The notes below the pieces were generated by a model. It saw only the letters and a list, made by a program, of their open reading frames with translations, had not been told where the DNA came from and ran no database searches. From assembly GCA_013152275.1 (NCBI GenBank), contig JAADGS010000028.1:1-64000 (forward strand): DNA of 64,000 nucleotides, in the 5' to 3' direction. Source of the DNA: Actinomycetota bacterium (lineage in GTDB: Bacteria > Actinomycetota > Acidimicrobiia > Spongiisociales > UBA4744). Shown piece after piece: positions 54,614 through 63,876 of this stretch; the stretch's first letter is position 1, and every line of letters begins with the position of its first letter. Both the position numbers and the translations under genes were made by a program.

Positions 54614-57142
54614 TCATGCTGCGCGGCGGCCATCTCCGACACGGCCCTTCCGGTGGGGGCCGACGTGTGAGAACATCGAACGGTTCAGATTGTGAACGAA
54701 CCGCCTGCTGTGCCGGTCTCGTCGGTCCAGGCGGGCGTAGACCGCCATCTTCACGACATCCGTCACGAAGGCGAAGAGGATCGCGTACCCCCAGATCAGA
54801 CCGATCGCTCCCCACGAGATCGGGGTCACGAGGCCGAACCCGTAGGCGACGAGCACCGTGGCCGCCAGCTTCGTCGCGATCGCCGACCAGATGACGACCG
54901 GCGCGGGGTACGGCTTCTTCAGCCAGAAGCCCCTCGTCCGGGCCACGAAGAGCGCCAGGTGACCGGCGACTGCCATCTTGAGGAACACGAACGTCTGCAC
55001 CTGACCCGTATCCAACTTCAACCACTTGAGTGCGAGCAGCAACATCAGGAAGCTCCCCGTCATCCCGACCATGCCCATGGCACTGGCGACGGAGATGACG
55101 CGGCGCATGTCCCACCTGACAGGATCGGGGGCAACGTCGGTGTGGTCGTAGGCGATCGTCATGATGGGAACGTCGTTGAAGAACGCGAGGAGAATGATCA
55201 TGATCGCGGTGATCGGATAGAAATCGAACGCGATCATCGTCGCCACGACGAACACCATGATGCGAACCGTCTCGCTGATCCGATAGATCGCGTACGAGTT
55301 CATGCGCTCGAAGATACGCCTGGCCTCCTCGATCGCCTTGGCGATCACCGAAAGGCCCGGCGCCGTCAGAACGAGGGCGGCGGCGGCCCTTGCCGCCGCG
55401 GTGGCACCGGACACGGCGATACCCACCTCGGCTTGTTCGAGGGCCGGAGCGTCGTTCACCCCGTCGCCCGTCATGCCGACCAGATGTCCTCGTTGTTGGA
55501 GCGCCTTGACGATGCCGTACTTGTGCTCGGGGAAGACCTCTGCGAATCCATCCGCCTCCTCGATCGCCCGCGCCGTCTCCTCGCTGATGTGCTCGACACC
55601 GTCCTTGAGTAGTTCGTCCGCAACGAGGATGTTCTCTCCCAGTTGCAGCTCATGGGAGATCTCACGTGCGATGGAGAGGTTGTCACCTGTCACCATCTTC
55701 ACGGCGACGCCCTCCTGCCTCACCTTCCGGATCGTGGCGGCCGAATCTTCACGCGGGGGGTCGGAGAGCGGAAGAAGGCCGAGGAACTCCCACGCGTCGC
55801 CGTCGGTGGTCTTCGCCACCCCCAGCGTCCGATATCCCTTGCCGGCCAGCTCGTCGATCTGCTGCTGTACCGCGCTCTGCACCTTCTCGTCGAGGTGGCA
55901 GAGGCCCAGGATCACCTGGGGCGCCCCCTTGGTCACCTTGAACGTCCGGCCGGACCCGTCCTCGATCGTCGCCTCCGTACGCTTGCCGATCGGATCGAAA
56001 GGCATGAATGCCTTCTGCGTGTACCCCTTCAAGACGTCTGGATCCTTCAGCCCACCGATGACCGCCATATCGATCGGGTCCTGGTTGTCCGTTTCCGAGG
56101 CCAGAGCACCGGCAAGGGCCAGCTCGGTTTCGTCGTGACCATCCGCAACGAGGGGGTCGCCCAGCGTCAGGATGTTCTGGGTCAGCGTGCCTGTCTTGTC
56201 GGAGCACAGGATGTCGATGCCGGCCATCTCCTCGAGCGACTGCAGCCGAGTGACGATGGCCTTCATCCTGGAGAGCGCCATCGCTCCGACGGCCATCGTC
56301 ACCGACAGCACGGCGGGCATGGCGACCGGGATCGATGCCACCGTCAGGATCAACGCGAACTGGACGAGTTGGATGACATCCGATCCCCGGAACAGCTGCA
56401 CCACGAGCAGCACCGCGACGAGTGCAATGCTGACATAGATGAGGAAATCGCCGATCTGGAGCACGGCCTTCTGGAAGTGTGAGACGGCCCCGGCTTCTTC
56501 GACGAGCGCCGCGGTCTTGCCAAAGTAGGTTCCACTCCCCGTTGCGACCACCAGGGCGATCATCTCCCCTTGCTTCGCAACAGAGCCGGAGTAGGCGACG
56601 TCACCGGGTTTCTTCGTGACGGGAAGGGACTCGCCGGTCAGGGCCGACTGGTCGACGCTCAGGTACTGCCCATCGAGCAGCTTCACATCCGCGGGGATGA
56701 TGTCTCCCAGTCTGAGCCGCACGATGTCGCCTGGCACGAGCGCTTCGGCACGAACCTGACCCCATGTCCCGTCTCGTTTGACCTGTGCCTGAAGAGCGAG
56801 CTCCTGTTTCAGGGCCGCGACTGCATCTTCGGCCTTGTGCTGCTGCCAGAATCCCACGACCGCGTTGAAGAGCAGCAAGATGACGATGATCACGAAATCG
56901 GTCAGATGCCGGACGAGAGCAGACAGAACTGCGGCGATCTCGATCATCCACGGAATCGGCCCCCAGAAGTATGACAAGAACTGGAGGAGCGGACTGACCT
57001 TCTTCTCCTGTAGAGCGTTCGGTCCATATTCCTCGAGACGCCGACGGGCTTCGGATGAGGTGAGACCGTCGGGGCTGGTCGACAGGGCCTGAAACAGCGC
57101 GTCGGACTGCTCCTTCTCCGCATCGTTGATACTCAGCGCCAC
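54614..57142 (-). CDS. Plasma-membrane H+-efflux P-type ATPase (P3A)
   Basis: DQSALTGES, IPVAMP, CSDKTGTLTQN, KGAPQ, DPPR, GDGVNDAPAL, IFERMNSYAIYRI and FFND motifs. Confidence 0.9.
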   Translation of the reverse strand: MALSINDAEKEQSDALFQALSTSPDGLTSSEARRRLEEYGPNALQEKKVSPLLQFLSYFWGPIPWMIEIAAVLSALVRHLTDFVIIVILLLFNAVVGFWQQHKAEDAVAALKQELALQAQVKRDGTWGQVRAEALVPGDIVRLRLGDIIPADVKLLDGQYLSVDQSALTGESLPVTKKPGDVAYSGSVAKQGEMIALVVATGSGTYFGKTAALVEEAGAVSHFQKAVLQIGDFLIYVSIALVAVLLVVQLFRGSDVIQLVQFALILTVASIPVAMPAVLSVTMAVGAMALSRMKAIVTRLQSLEEMAGIDILCSDKTGTLTQNILTLGDPLVADGHDETELALAGALASETDNQDPIDMAVIGGLKDPDVLKGYTQKAFMPFDPIGKRTEATIEDGSGRTFKVTKGAPQVILGLCHLDEKVQSAVQQQIDELAGKGYRTLGVAKTTDGDAWEFLGLLPLSDPPREDSAATIRKVRQEGVAVKMVTGDNLSIAREISHELQLGENILVADELLKDGVEHISEETARAIEEADGFAEVFPEHKYGIVKALQQRGHLVGMTGDGVNDAPALEQAEVGIAVSGATAAARAAAALVLTAPGLSVIAKAIEEARRIFERMNSYAIYRISETVRIMVFVVATMIAFDFYPITAIMIILLAFFNDVPIMTIAYDHTDVAPDPVRWDMRRVISVASAMGMVGMTGSFLMLLLALKWLKLDTGQVQTFVFLKMAVAGHLALFVARTRGFWLKKPYPAPVVIWSAIATKLAATVLVAYGFGLVTPISWGAIGLIWGYAILFAFVTDVVKMAVYARLDRRDRHSRRFVHNLNRSMFSHVGPHRKGRVGDGRRAA

Positions 57143-57182
57143 ACGGACCACCACCTTGCTGCTTGCGTCACCGCTTCTTGCG

Positions 57183-58307
57183 TCAACAGAATACGACGTG
57201 CGCTGCGCGAAGCGCAGCGATCTCCTCACTCCGAAAGCCGAACGATTCCAGGACCTCCTCCGTGTCCTGACCCGGTTTCGAGACCGGCCCGGGCGTATCG
57301 ACGGGAGTGCGACCGAACCGCGGTGCAGGAGCCGGCTGCACGATGCCCTCCACTTCCACGAACGTGCGCCTCGCACGGTTGTGCGGGTGCGCCGGCGCCT
57401 CTTCGAGTGAAAGCACCGGTGCCACACACGCGTCTGCGGTATCGAAGATGGCGGTCCATTCCGCTCGCGTTCTCGTAGCGAAGGTTCGCCGGAAGAGCTC
57501 CCTCATCCGAGGCCACTGTGACCGGTCGTACTGATTCGGAACGGCGTCGGTATCGAGACCGAGCCGGTCGAGCAGCTCGGTGAAGAACTTCGGCTCCAAC
57601 GCTCCGACAGCCATGTAGTTGCCGTCCGACGTCTCGTACACACCGTAGAACGGCGCGCCGCCGTCGAGCAGATTGTCGCCACGCCGCCGCGACCACAAAC
57701 CGGCCGACAGCATGCTGTGGACAAACGTCGTCAGGAGCGCCGAGCCGTCGACCATTGCCGCATCGACCACTTGGCCTCGACCGCTCCGGGCCGCTTCGAG
57801 AAGGCCTGCGAGCATGCCGACGGCCAGCAGCATCCCCCCGCCGCCGAAGTCCCCGAGCAGATTGAGTGGCACGACGGGAGGTCCGCCGGCAAGTCCGATC
57901 GGATACAGAGCGCCGGACAGCGCGATGTAGTCGATGTCGTGGCCGGCGACCGATGCCAACGGCCCCTCCTGGCCGAAGCCGGTCATGCGCCCGTAGACGA
58001 GCCGCGGGTTCCGGTCGAGGCAGGCATCCGGTCCGATTCCGAGACGTTCGGCGACACCCGGACGAAAGCCTTCGATCAGACCATCGGCCCGCTCGACGAG
58101 CCTGAGGACGACACCTGCGGCTTCGGGATGCTTGAGGTCGACGGCGATCGAGGCTCGCCCCCGGTGCAGAAGCTCCGGATACGGCTGAGGGTCGGGTCTC
58201 TCGACACGTACGACGTTCGCTCCCAGATCGGAGAGCATCATGCCGCAGAAAGGACCCGGTCCGATCGAGCCGATCTCGACGATCGTCACACCGTTGAGCG
58301 GGCCCAT
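57183..58307 (-). CDS. CaiB/BaiF CoA-transferase family, alpha-methylacyl-CoA racemase-like
   Basis: GPGPFCGM, EGFRPGV, GHDIDY, DFGGGG and PAPAPRF motifs. Confidence 0.9.
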   Translation of the reverse strand: MGPLNGVTIVEIGSIGPGPFCGMMLSDLGANVVRVERPDPQPYPELLHRGRASIAVDLKHPEAAGVVLRLVERADGLIEGFRPGVAERLGIGPDACLDRNPRLVYGRMTGFGQEGPLASVAGHDIDYIALSGALYPIGLAGGPPVVPLNLLGDFGGGGMLLAVGMLAGLLEAARSGRGQVVDAAMVDGSALLTTFVHSMLSAGLWSRRRGDNLLDGGAPFYGVYETSDGNYMAVGALEPKFFTELLDRLGLDTDAVPNQYDRSQWPRMRELFRRTFATRTRAEWTAIFDTADACVAPVLSLEEAPAHPHNRARRTFVEVEGIVQPAPAPRFGRTPVDTPGPVSKPGQDTEEVLESFGFRSEEIAALRAAHVVFC

Positions 58308-59077
58308 CAGCGCGGGCCGAGTCTGGCTGCCGCGTCGAGGCGGATCACTTCCCCGTTGAGCAGAGGATTCTCGGCGATGGCAACGACCAACCCACCGAGG
58401 TCCTCCGGGGTGCCCAGCCGCTTGGGAAACACGTGGAGCTTCGTGAGCGCGCTCCTGATCTGCTCGTTCATCCCACCCAGCATCGGGGTGTCCATGATGC
58501 CCGGAGCGATCGTCATGACCCTGATGCCCAGCGAGGCGAGATCACGGGCGAGTGGCAACGTGAGCGACACGATGCCACCTTTCGAAGCCGAGTATGCGGC
58601 CTGACCGACCTGGCCTTCGAATGCGGCGATCGAGGAGACGTTGACGATCAGTCCTCGTTCACCCTCCTCGTTCGGCCGATTGTGACTCATCGCCGACGCG
58701 GCTCGGCGGGTGACGTCGAAGAGCCCGATCAGGTTGACGTCGATCACCGCCCGAAACCGGTCCAGAGGGAACACGGACCCGTCGCGTGCCACGACACGGT
58801 GCCCGGCGACGATCCCGGCGGCGTTGACACAGATGTCTACGCGTTCGAACGCCTGGATGACGGCCTCGATCGCGGCCTCGACAGACTCCGTGTCGGTGAC
58901 GTCGACGGGAATGAACACCGCGTCCGATCCAAGGTCGTGCGCGACCTCGGCTCCTTTCGAAGCGGGCAGGTCCAAGATCGCGACTCGCGCCCCCCTTTCG
59001 AGCAACTTCCTCGCCGCCCCGGCGCCGAGCCCACCGGCGCCACCGGTGACCAACGCAACCGCTCCTTCGATCTGCAT
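58307..59077 (-). CDS. SDR, HSD17B10-type 3-hydroxyacyl-CoA dehydrogenase
   Basis: TGGAGGLG, AAFEGQVGQAAYSASKGG and NGEVIRLD motifs. Confidence 0.9.
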   Translation of the reverse strand: MQIEGAVALVTGGAGGLGAGAARKLLERGARVAILDLPASKGAEVAHDLGSDAVFIPVDVTDTESVEAAIEAVIQAFERVDICVNAAGIVAGHRVVARDGSVFPLDRFRAVIDVNLIGLFDVTRRAASAMSHNRPNEEGERGLIVNVSSIAAFEGQVGQAAYSASKGGIVSLTLPLARDLASLGIRVMTIAPGIMDTPMLGGMNEQIRSALTKLHVFPKRLGTPEDLGGLVVAIAENPLLNGEVIRLDAAARLGPR

Positions 59078-59078
59078 C

Positions 59079-59399
59079 TCAACCACCTCCTGTCGCTGCT
59101 TGTACCTCACGCAAATACGCGACCACACGATCGATCTGGTCGTCGGTGAGCGACGATCCGAACGACGGCATCCGACCCAGTCCGTGCTCGATGGTGAACC
59201 GATAGAAGTCATCGGTCATGTTCGCCGCGTCCGAGCCGGGTCCGAGCGCTGGTCCGAACCGCCCACCGAGCTCGTCGCCGTGGCACGAGGCACAGAGCAT
59301 CCCATACACCTGGCGGCCGGTCGCATCCGGCGGCAGACGGCTACCGGAGCATGCGCTCACCACGGACATGAACACGATCAACGCGACAAATCTCTGCAC
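59079..59399 (-). CDS. Mono-heme c-type cytochrome lipoprotein
   Basis: Lipobox VSAC, CASCH, GPAL and distal Met in GRMPSF. Confidence 0.85.
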   Translation of the reverse strand: MQRFVALIVFMSVVSACSGSRLPPDATGRQVYGMLCASCHGDELGGRFGPALGPGSDAANMTDDFYRFTIEHGLGRMPSFGSSLTDDQIDRVVAYLREVQAATGGG

Positions 59400-59418
59400 A
59401 ATGTGCGAGCCTACATTG

Positions 59419-59445
59419 GGAACCCGACCGAGGCGCAATATCGTC
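59419..59445 (+). promoter_or_regulatory. ECF sigma-type promoter GGAACC-N17-CGTC
   Basis: Upstream of the SIMPL gene; same spacing as the other two copies. Confidence 0.65.
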
Positions 59446-59467
59446 TCATCATCGAAAGGAGTGCCCC

Positions 59468-60181
59468 ATGCGCCGTATCCTCATCGGAGCAGTCGCAGCA
59501 TCGCTGCTCCTGGCCGCGTGCACGCCGGACGTCACGATCACGAATGCCTCGGCCGGTACGCCTCAGGGAATCAACGTCACCGGTCAAGGCAAAGTGAGCG
59601 GAACACCGGACACACTCACGATCGACCTGGGAGTGAGCGTGCGCGGCGACTCCGTCACCGAAGCCGTCCAGGAGGCGGCCACTCTGGCCGACCGACTCAT
59701 CGCCGCGCTCGAGAAGGGCGGCGTCGCCGAGAAGGACATCCAGACCGTCAACTACTCGATCTCCCCCGAATACGACTACCGAAACGACACCCGCAAGCTG
59801 CTCGGCTACAGGGTCACGAACACCATCTCGGCCAAGATCCGGGACATCGCGGCCGCCGGCACCGTCATCGATGCCGCCACCGCCGCGGGTGGGGACGCCG
59901 TGCAGGTCTCCGGGGTACGGTTCTCACTCGAGGACAACGGATCCCTGCTCGAAGCGGCCAGGAAGCGAGCCTGGGAAGATGCGCGAGCCAAGGCAGAGCA
60001 ACTCGCGGCGCTGTCCGGGGTGACGCTGGGATCTCCGACGTCGATCAGCGAAACGTTGACGACGCCGCCCGCCCCGGTGTTCCGGGCTTCAAGTGACCTC
60101 GAAGCAGCGTCGACACCGATCCAGCCCGGCTCGCAGACGGTCACGGTGACGTTGAGCGTCGAGTTCTCGATCTCGGGTTGA
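59468..60181 (+). CDS. SIMPL (DUF541) domain lipoprotein
   Basis: Lipobox LAAC, VTGQGKV..TPD, DARAKAEQLA and PIQPG motifs. Confidence 0.9.
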   Translation: MRRILIGAVAASLLLAACTPDVTITNASAGTPQGINVTGQGKVSGTPDTLTIDLGVSVRGDSVTEAVQEAATLADRLIAALEKGGVAEKDIQTVNYSISPEYDYRNDTRKLLGYRVTNTISAKIRDIAAAGTVIDAATAAGGDAVQVSGVRFSLEDNGSLLEAARKRAWEDARAKAEQLAALSGVTLGSPTSISETLTTPPAPVFRASSDLEAASTPIQPGSQTVTVTLSVEFSISG

Positions 60182-60189
60182 GTTCGACT

Positions 60190-60684
60190 TCAACCGAAGA
60201 CGGCTGTGCCGGCGACCGTGAGCAATGACACGACGACACCGGCGATCAGTACCCCGACAGCGATGAGTACGGTCGCTTTGCGACGATCCACACCGAACAC
60301 GAACGCGGCCAGCGCACCGCTCCACGCCCCCGTGATCGGCAAAGGGATGGCGACGAAGGTGATCAAGGCGAGTTCGCGCAGGCGGTCGAAGCGCGCCGTG
60401 TGACGCCGCCGCGTGTGGGCGAAGAGACGGTCGAGGATCCGGTGCAGCCAGCCCCAATGGTCCTCCGCCCATTCGGTCACAGGCCCAAGGAGGACCAGGA
60501 TGAACGGAACGGGAAGGATGTTGCCGATCACCGACCAGACAAACGCCTGAGCGACCGGCATGTCGAACGCCCGCACGGCGAACGGGATCGAGAAGCGAAG
60601 CTCGGAAACCGGCAGCGCCGCCAGGAGAAGCACCGCCAGCGGCTCGGGGAAATGACGAACGAGCGACTCGAGTGCTTGCTGCAT
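60190..60684 (-). CDS. COG2426 small multidrug export-like membrane protein
   Basis: LPVSELR..IP, GNILPVP and FVAIPLPITGAWSG motifs. Confidence 0.85.
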   Translation of the reverse strand: MQQALESLVRHFPEPLAVLLLAALPVSELRFSIPFAVRAFDMPVAQAFVWSVIGNILPVPFILVLLGPVTEWAEDHWGWLHRILDRLFAHTRRRHTARFDRLRELALITFVAIPLPITGAWSGALAAFVFGVDRRKATVLIAVGVLIAGVVVSLLTVAGTAVFG

Positions 60685-60712
60685 GGATGCAGTATTGCGC
60701 CCTGTCGGCCTT

Positions 60713-60742
60713 TTGACACGTTCGCGCTGGGATTACTACGAT
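60713..60742 (+). promoter_or_regulatory. Sigma70-type promoter TTGACA-N18-TACGAT
   Basis: Consensus -35 and a TAnnnT -10, with no convincing + strand CDS downstream. Confidence 0.65.
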
Positions 60743-60748
60743 CTGACT

Positions 60749-60895
60749 GTCGGGTGTCACCCGCACCCGGCACCCCAACAAGCGCATTGGGCTGCGAGCA
60801 TGGACTCCCTGGCGCCTGCTCGATACAACGGCCCATTGTGGCTCTTCGCAAGGAGAGCAACGAGGCTCCGGCTCTACCCCCTTGCCGGAGCCTCG
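60749..60895 (+). ncRNA. Candidate structured small RNA (~150 nt, four stem-loops, C-rich loops)
   Basis: Starts 7 nt after the -10 element. Consecutive hairpins include G-U pairs, a GCAA tetraloop and a terminal 12-bp stem. Confidence 0.6.
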
Positions 60896-60928
60896 CCCTA
60901 TCCGGACCCTGTTCGGATCCAAGGCGAA

Positions 60929-62002
60929 TCAGACCGAGAAGCGGACCACGATGACGTCACCCTCGCGCATCACGTAGTCTTTTCCCTCGACGCGTATGAC
61001 ACCGGCATGCTTGGCGGCGTCCCATCCACCTGCAGCAACGACGTCGGTGATCGAAGCAATCTCCGCTCGGATGAATCCGCGCTCGAGATCAGAGTGGATC
61101 TTGCCCGCGGCTTCCGGTGCTCTTGCTCCCGCTCGCACGGTCCAGGCATGCGACTCCTTGGGCCCGACCGTGTAGAAGGTCAGCAGGCCGAGCGCGCCGT
61201 AGGCGGCGCGCACCATCTCCGCAAGGGCGCCCTCACCCATTCCGAGACCCTCGAAGATCTCCCTCCGATCCTCCGGGTCCATCCGGGCCGCCTCGGCTTC
61301 GATCCGTACGGAAAGGGCGACGACCGTGTCACCCTCTGGTACCAGCGCCGATACGCCTCGGACGAGAGCCTCGGAATCAGGTTCCTCCTCACCGACGTTC
61401 ACGACCCACACCGCCGGGCGCAGCGTCAACGGCGCAAGATCTCTGAACGCTTCGCGGTGGGCATCGGACCATTCTCCGGCGCGCAGTGGCCTCCCCTCTC
61501 CGAGGAACTCCGCCGCCTCGGCGATCGCCGCGGCGGCACGCTTCTTGGTGGCGTCTGCAGAAGCTTCCTTGGCGATACGGGGTCGGCGCCGTTCGAACAC
61601 GTCTGCGTCGGCCATCGTCAGCTCGAGCAGGAGATCCTCGGCCTGCGCAACGGCGTCGGTACCGGATTCATCGGACGGTACGCCCTCGTCGTCGAAGGCC
61701 CGCAACACCATGATGAGCCCCTCCATCTCCCGCAGCCTTCCGAGGAACTGCGATCCGAGACCGCTGCCGTGCGCTCCCATGGCCGGAAGATCGAGAAGTT
61801 CGAGCACGGCGTGCACGATCTTCTTCGAATGCTCGATCTCGGCCGCCGCCTCCAGGGCCGGGTCGGGGATCGAGGCGACCCCGATGTTTGGAGACACCGT
61901 CGAGAACGGGTGGGGCGCGGTCGGTGTATCGAGTCCCGTGAGCGCGTTGAACAGCTCCGTCTTGCCGACGTTCGGAAATCCTACGATGCCGAGGCGTGCC
62001 AT
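60929..62002 (-). CDS. ychF: YchF/Obg-like ATPase
   Basis: GFPNVGKT, LLTFYTVG, AAGKIHSDLERGFIRAE and EGKDYVMREGD motifs. Confidence 0.88.
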   Translation of the reverse strand: MARLGIVGFPNVGKTELFNALTGLDTPTAPHPFSTVSPNIGVASIPDPALEAAAEIEHSKKIVHAVLELLDLPAMGAHGSGLGSQFLGRLREMEGLIMVLRAFDDEGVPSDESGTDAVAQAEDLLLELTMADADVFERRRPRIAKEASADATKKRAAAAIAEAAEFLGEGRPLRAGEWSDAHREAFRDLAPLTLRPAVWVVNVGEEEPDSEALVRGVSALVPEGDTVVALSVRIEAEAARMDPEDRREIFEGLGMGEGALAEMVRAAYGALGLLTFYTVGPKESHAWTVRAGARAPEAAGKIHSDLERGFIRAEIASITDVVAAGGWDAAKHAGVIRVEGKDYVMREGDVIVVRFSV

Positions 62003-62070
62003 GTCCGTGCACTGTAGCTTTGATCCCGACATGGCGAACCGCACGACTACGGTGGATCCAAGGAGGTGTG

Positions 62071-63066
62071 ATGAGAGTCTCGGTGATCGGAGCAGGCTCC
62101 TGGGGAACGACCGTCGCGGCCCTTACCGCCCGTGAACATCCGACGTACCTCTGGGCCCGGCGTCCTGAGCTTGCGGAGGCGATCGCCGCGACGGGAGAGA
62201 ACCCGGACTACTTTCCGGGATACCGGCTTCCGTACGGCCTTCACGCCACCAGCGATCTCTTCGAAGCCATCGACGGCGCCGACGTGATCGTCATGGCCGT
62301 CCCCTCACACGGATACCGATCCGTCCTCGAGACCATGGCGGCACGGATCCCTGCGGAAACGCCACTTCTCAGCCTGGCCAAAGGGATCGAGCAGGGCAGC
62401 CTGCTGCGCATGACGGAAGTGACCGACCAAGTGCTCCAAGACCACGATCCGACACACGTCGGTGTGCTCACCGGCCCGAATCTGGCCGCCGAGGTGATGG
62501 ATGGGCAGCCGGCGGCGACGGTGATCGCCATGAAGGACGAAGTGCTTGCCCGGCGGCTGCAAAGTCTGTTCATGGGTCCCACGTTTCGCGTCTACACGAA
62601 CGATGACGTGGTCGGCTGTGAGACCGCAGGTGCTCTCAAGAACGTGATGGCCATCGCTGCCGGCATGTCCGAAGGCCTCGGGTTCGGCGACAACAGCATG
62701 GCGACACTGGTGACGCGAGCCCTCGCCGAGCTGACCCGACTCGGTTCGGCCATGGGAGGACGGCCGAGGACCTTCGCAGGGTTGGCCGGCATGGGCGACC
62801 TGATTGCCACGTGTGTTTCCGCCAAGAGTCGAAATCATCGGGTCGGCGTGCTGCTCGGTCGGGGACGCAAGATCGACGACATCATCGCCGAGATGAACAT
62901 GGTCGCCGAAGGGGTCAAGACCACGAGGGCCGTGCTGGACCTTGCGAGCCGGCATGGGGTCGAGATGCCGATCGCCACCCAGGTGGGACAGGTGCTCTAC
63001 GAGGGAGAGAGCCCGCGAGAGGCGGTGCTCAACCTGATGACACGAGCGGCGAAGGCCGAAACCTGA
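62071..63066 (+). CDS. gpsA: NAD(P)H-dependent glycerol-3-phosphate dehydrogenase
   Basis: GAGSWGT, AKGIE, GPNLA, GALKN, GDLIATC and AEGV motifs; RBS AGGAGG. Confidence 0.95.
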   Translation: MRVSVIGAGSWGTTVAALTAREHPTYLWARRPELAEAIAATGENPDYFPGYRLPYGLHATSDLFEAIDGADVIVMAVPSHGYRSVLETMAARIPAETPLLSLAKGIEQGSLLRMTEVTDQVLQDHDPTHVGVLTGPNLAAEVMDGQPAATVIAMKDEVLARRLQSLFMGPTFRVYTNDDVVGCETAGALKNVMAIAAGMSEGLGFGDNSMATLVTRALAELTRLGSAMGGRPRTFAGLAGMGDLIATCVSAKSRNHRVGVLLGRGRKIDDIIAEMNMVAEGVKTTRAVLDLASRHGVEMPIATQVGQVLYEGESPREAVLNLMTRAAKAET

Positions 63067-63127
63067 CTTCCTGTCCTGACTTCCTGTCACTATGAGCGTC
63101 GCATACCGACGCCGGCATTGACAGGAA
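63063..63127. repeat. 13-bp tandem duplication plus nested inverted repeat between convergent genes
   Basis: CTGACTTCCTGTC twice; TTCCTGTCA (63081-63089) / TGACAGGAA (63119-63127) enclose GCGTCG / CGACGC. Confidence 0.6.
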
Positions 63128-63191
63128 AGGGAGGGTTCTGTTTCTCGTCAATGGAAGCGTCACCTACGAGGGCACGCTGCACGCGACCGGA

Positions 63192-63461
63192 TCATCGGGC
63201 TTTTCCGACCACGATCGATACCAGGCGCACATCGAACGCATCCTCCGCCGTGTGATCGTCCGACTTCGTGACATCCAGGTGAGCGCCCTGCGCCGGAGAT
63301 CCCTGTGCGAGGATCTCGAAGTGTCCCTTCAGTGCCTCGGGCGTCACATGGCTCAACGCGCCGATCTCGATACGGATGCGCTCGACGTGTGCCGCGGCAT
63401 TCGCCAGCGCAACCTTTTCCACCTCGGACACGAGGTCGCCGACGAGTTTGGCCTCATGCAT
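63192..63461 (-). CDS. hypA: HypA-like nickel metallochaperone (short, no Zn finger)
   Basis: MHE N-terminus, IGALSHVTPEAL..HF, GAHL; hydrogenase context. Confidence 0.8.
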   Translation of the reverse strand: MHEAKLVGDLVSEVEKVALANAAAHVERIRIEIGALSHVTPEALKGHFEILAQGSPAQGAHLDVTKSDDHTAEDAFDVRLVSIVVGKAR

Positions 63462-63876
63462 CTTCCAGTTCCTTCACCAGCTCCACCACTGCGGTCGCGA
63501 CGGCCGGCGACATCGCCGTCCCATGTTCGATCTGACCTGCTTCGATGCCGTAGACCACCAAGGAACGAGGTAGTCGACCCATCGTCCTCGCCAGTTCGAT
63601 GACTGCCGCCGGCCCGAACGCATGTGTCGACGAGAATGCCCCCACCGGCAGGCGATCCGCCATCGCATCGAACCTGTGCACCGTCCCCGGAGGCGCCCCC
63701 GATCGCATCGCGTCGACGATGACGACGTCGTCGTCGGCGTCCCACAGCTCGAGCATGTCGAACGACCCAGTGACGCGTCGTTCCACGGACCACGCCGCGA
63801 CCTTGGTCGCGACCTCCCACCCTGCGGCATCGTCGCCGCGGTCCGGGTTGCCGATCCCGATCAGCCTGCGCGCCAT
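63454..63876 (-). CDS. Hydrogenase maturation protease
   Basis: [21 protein letters not shown] and YGIE motifs. Confidence 0.9.
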   Translation of the reverse strand: MARRLIGIGNPDRGDDAAGWEVATKVAAWSVERRVTGSFDMLELWDADDDVVIVDAMRSGAPPGTVHRFDAMADRLPVGAFSSTHAFGPAAVIELARTMGRLPRSLVVYGIEAGQIEHGTAMSPAVATAVVELVKELEDA

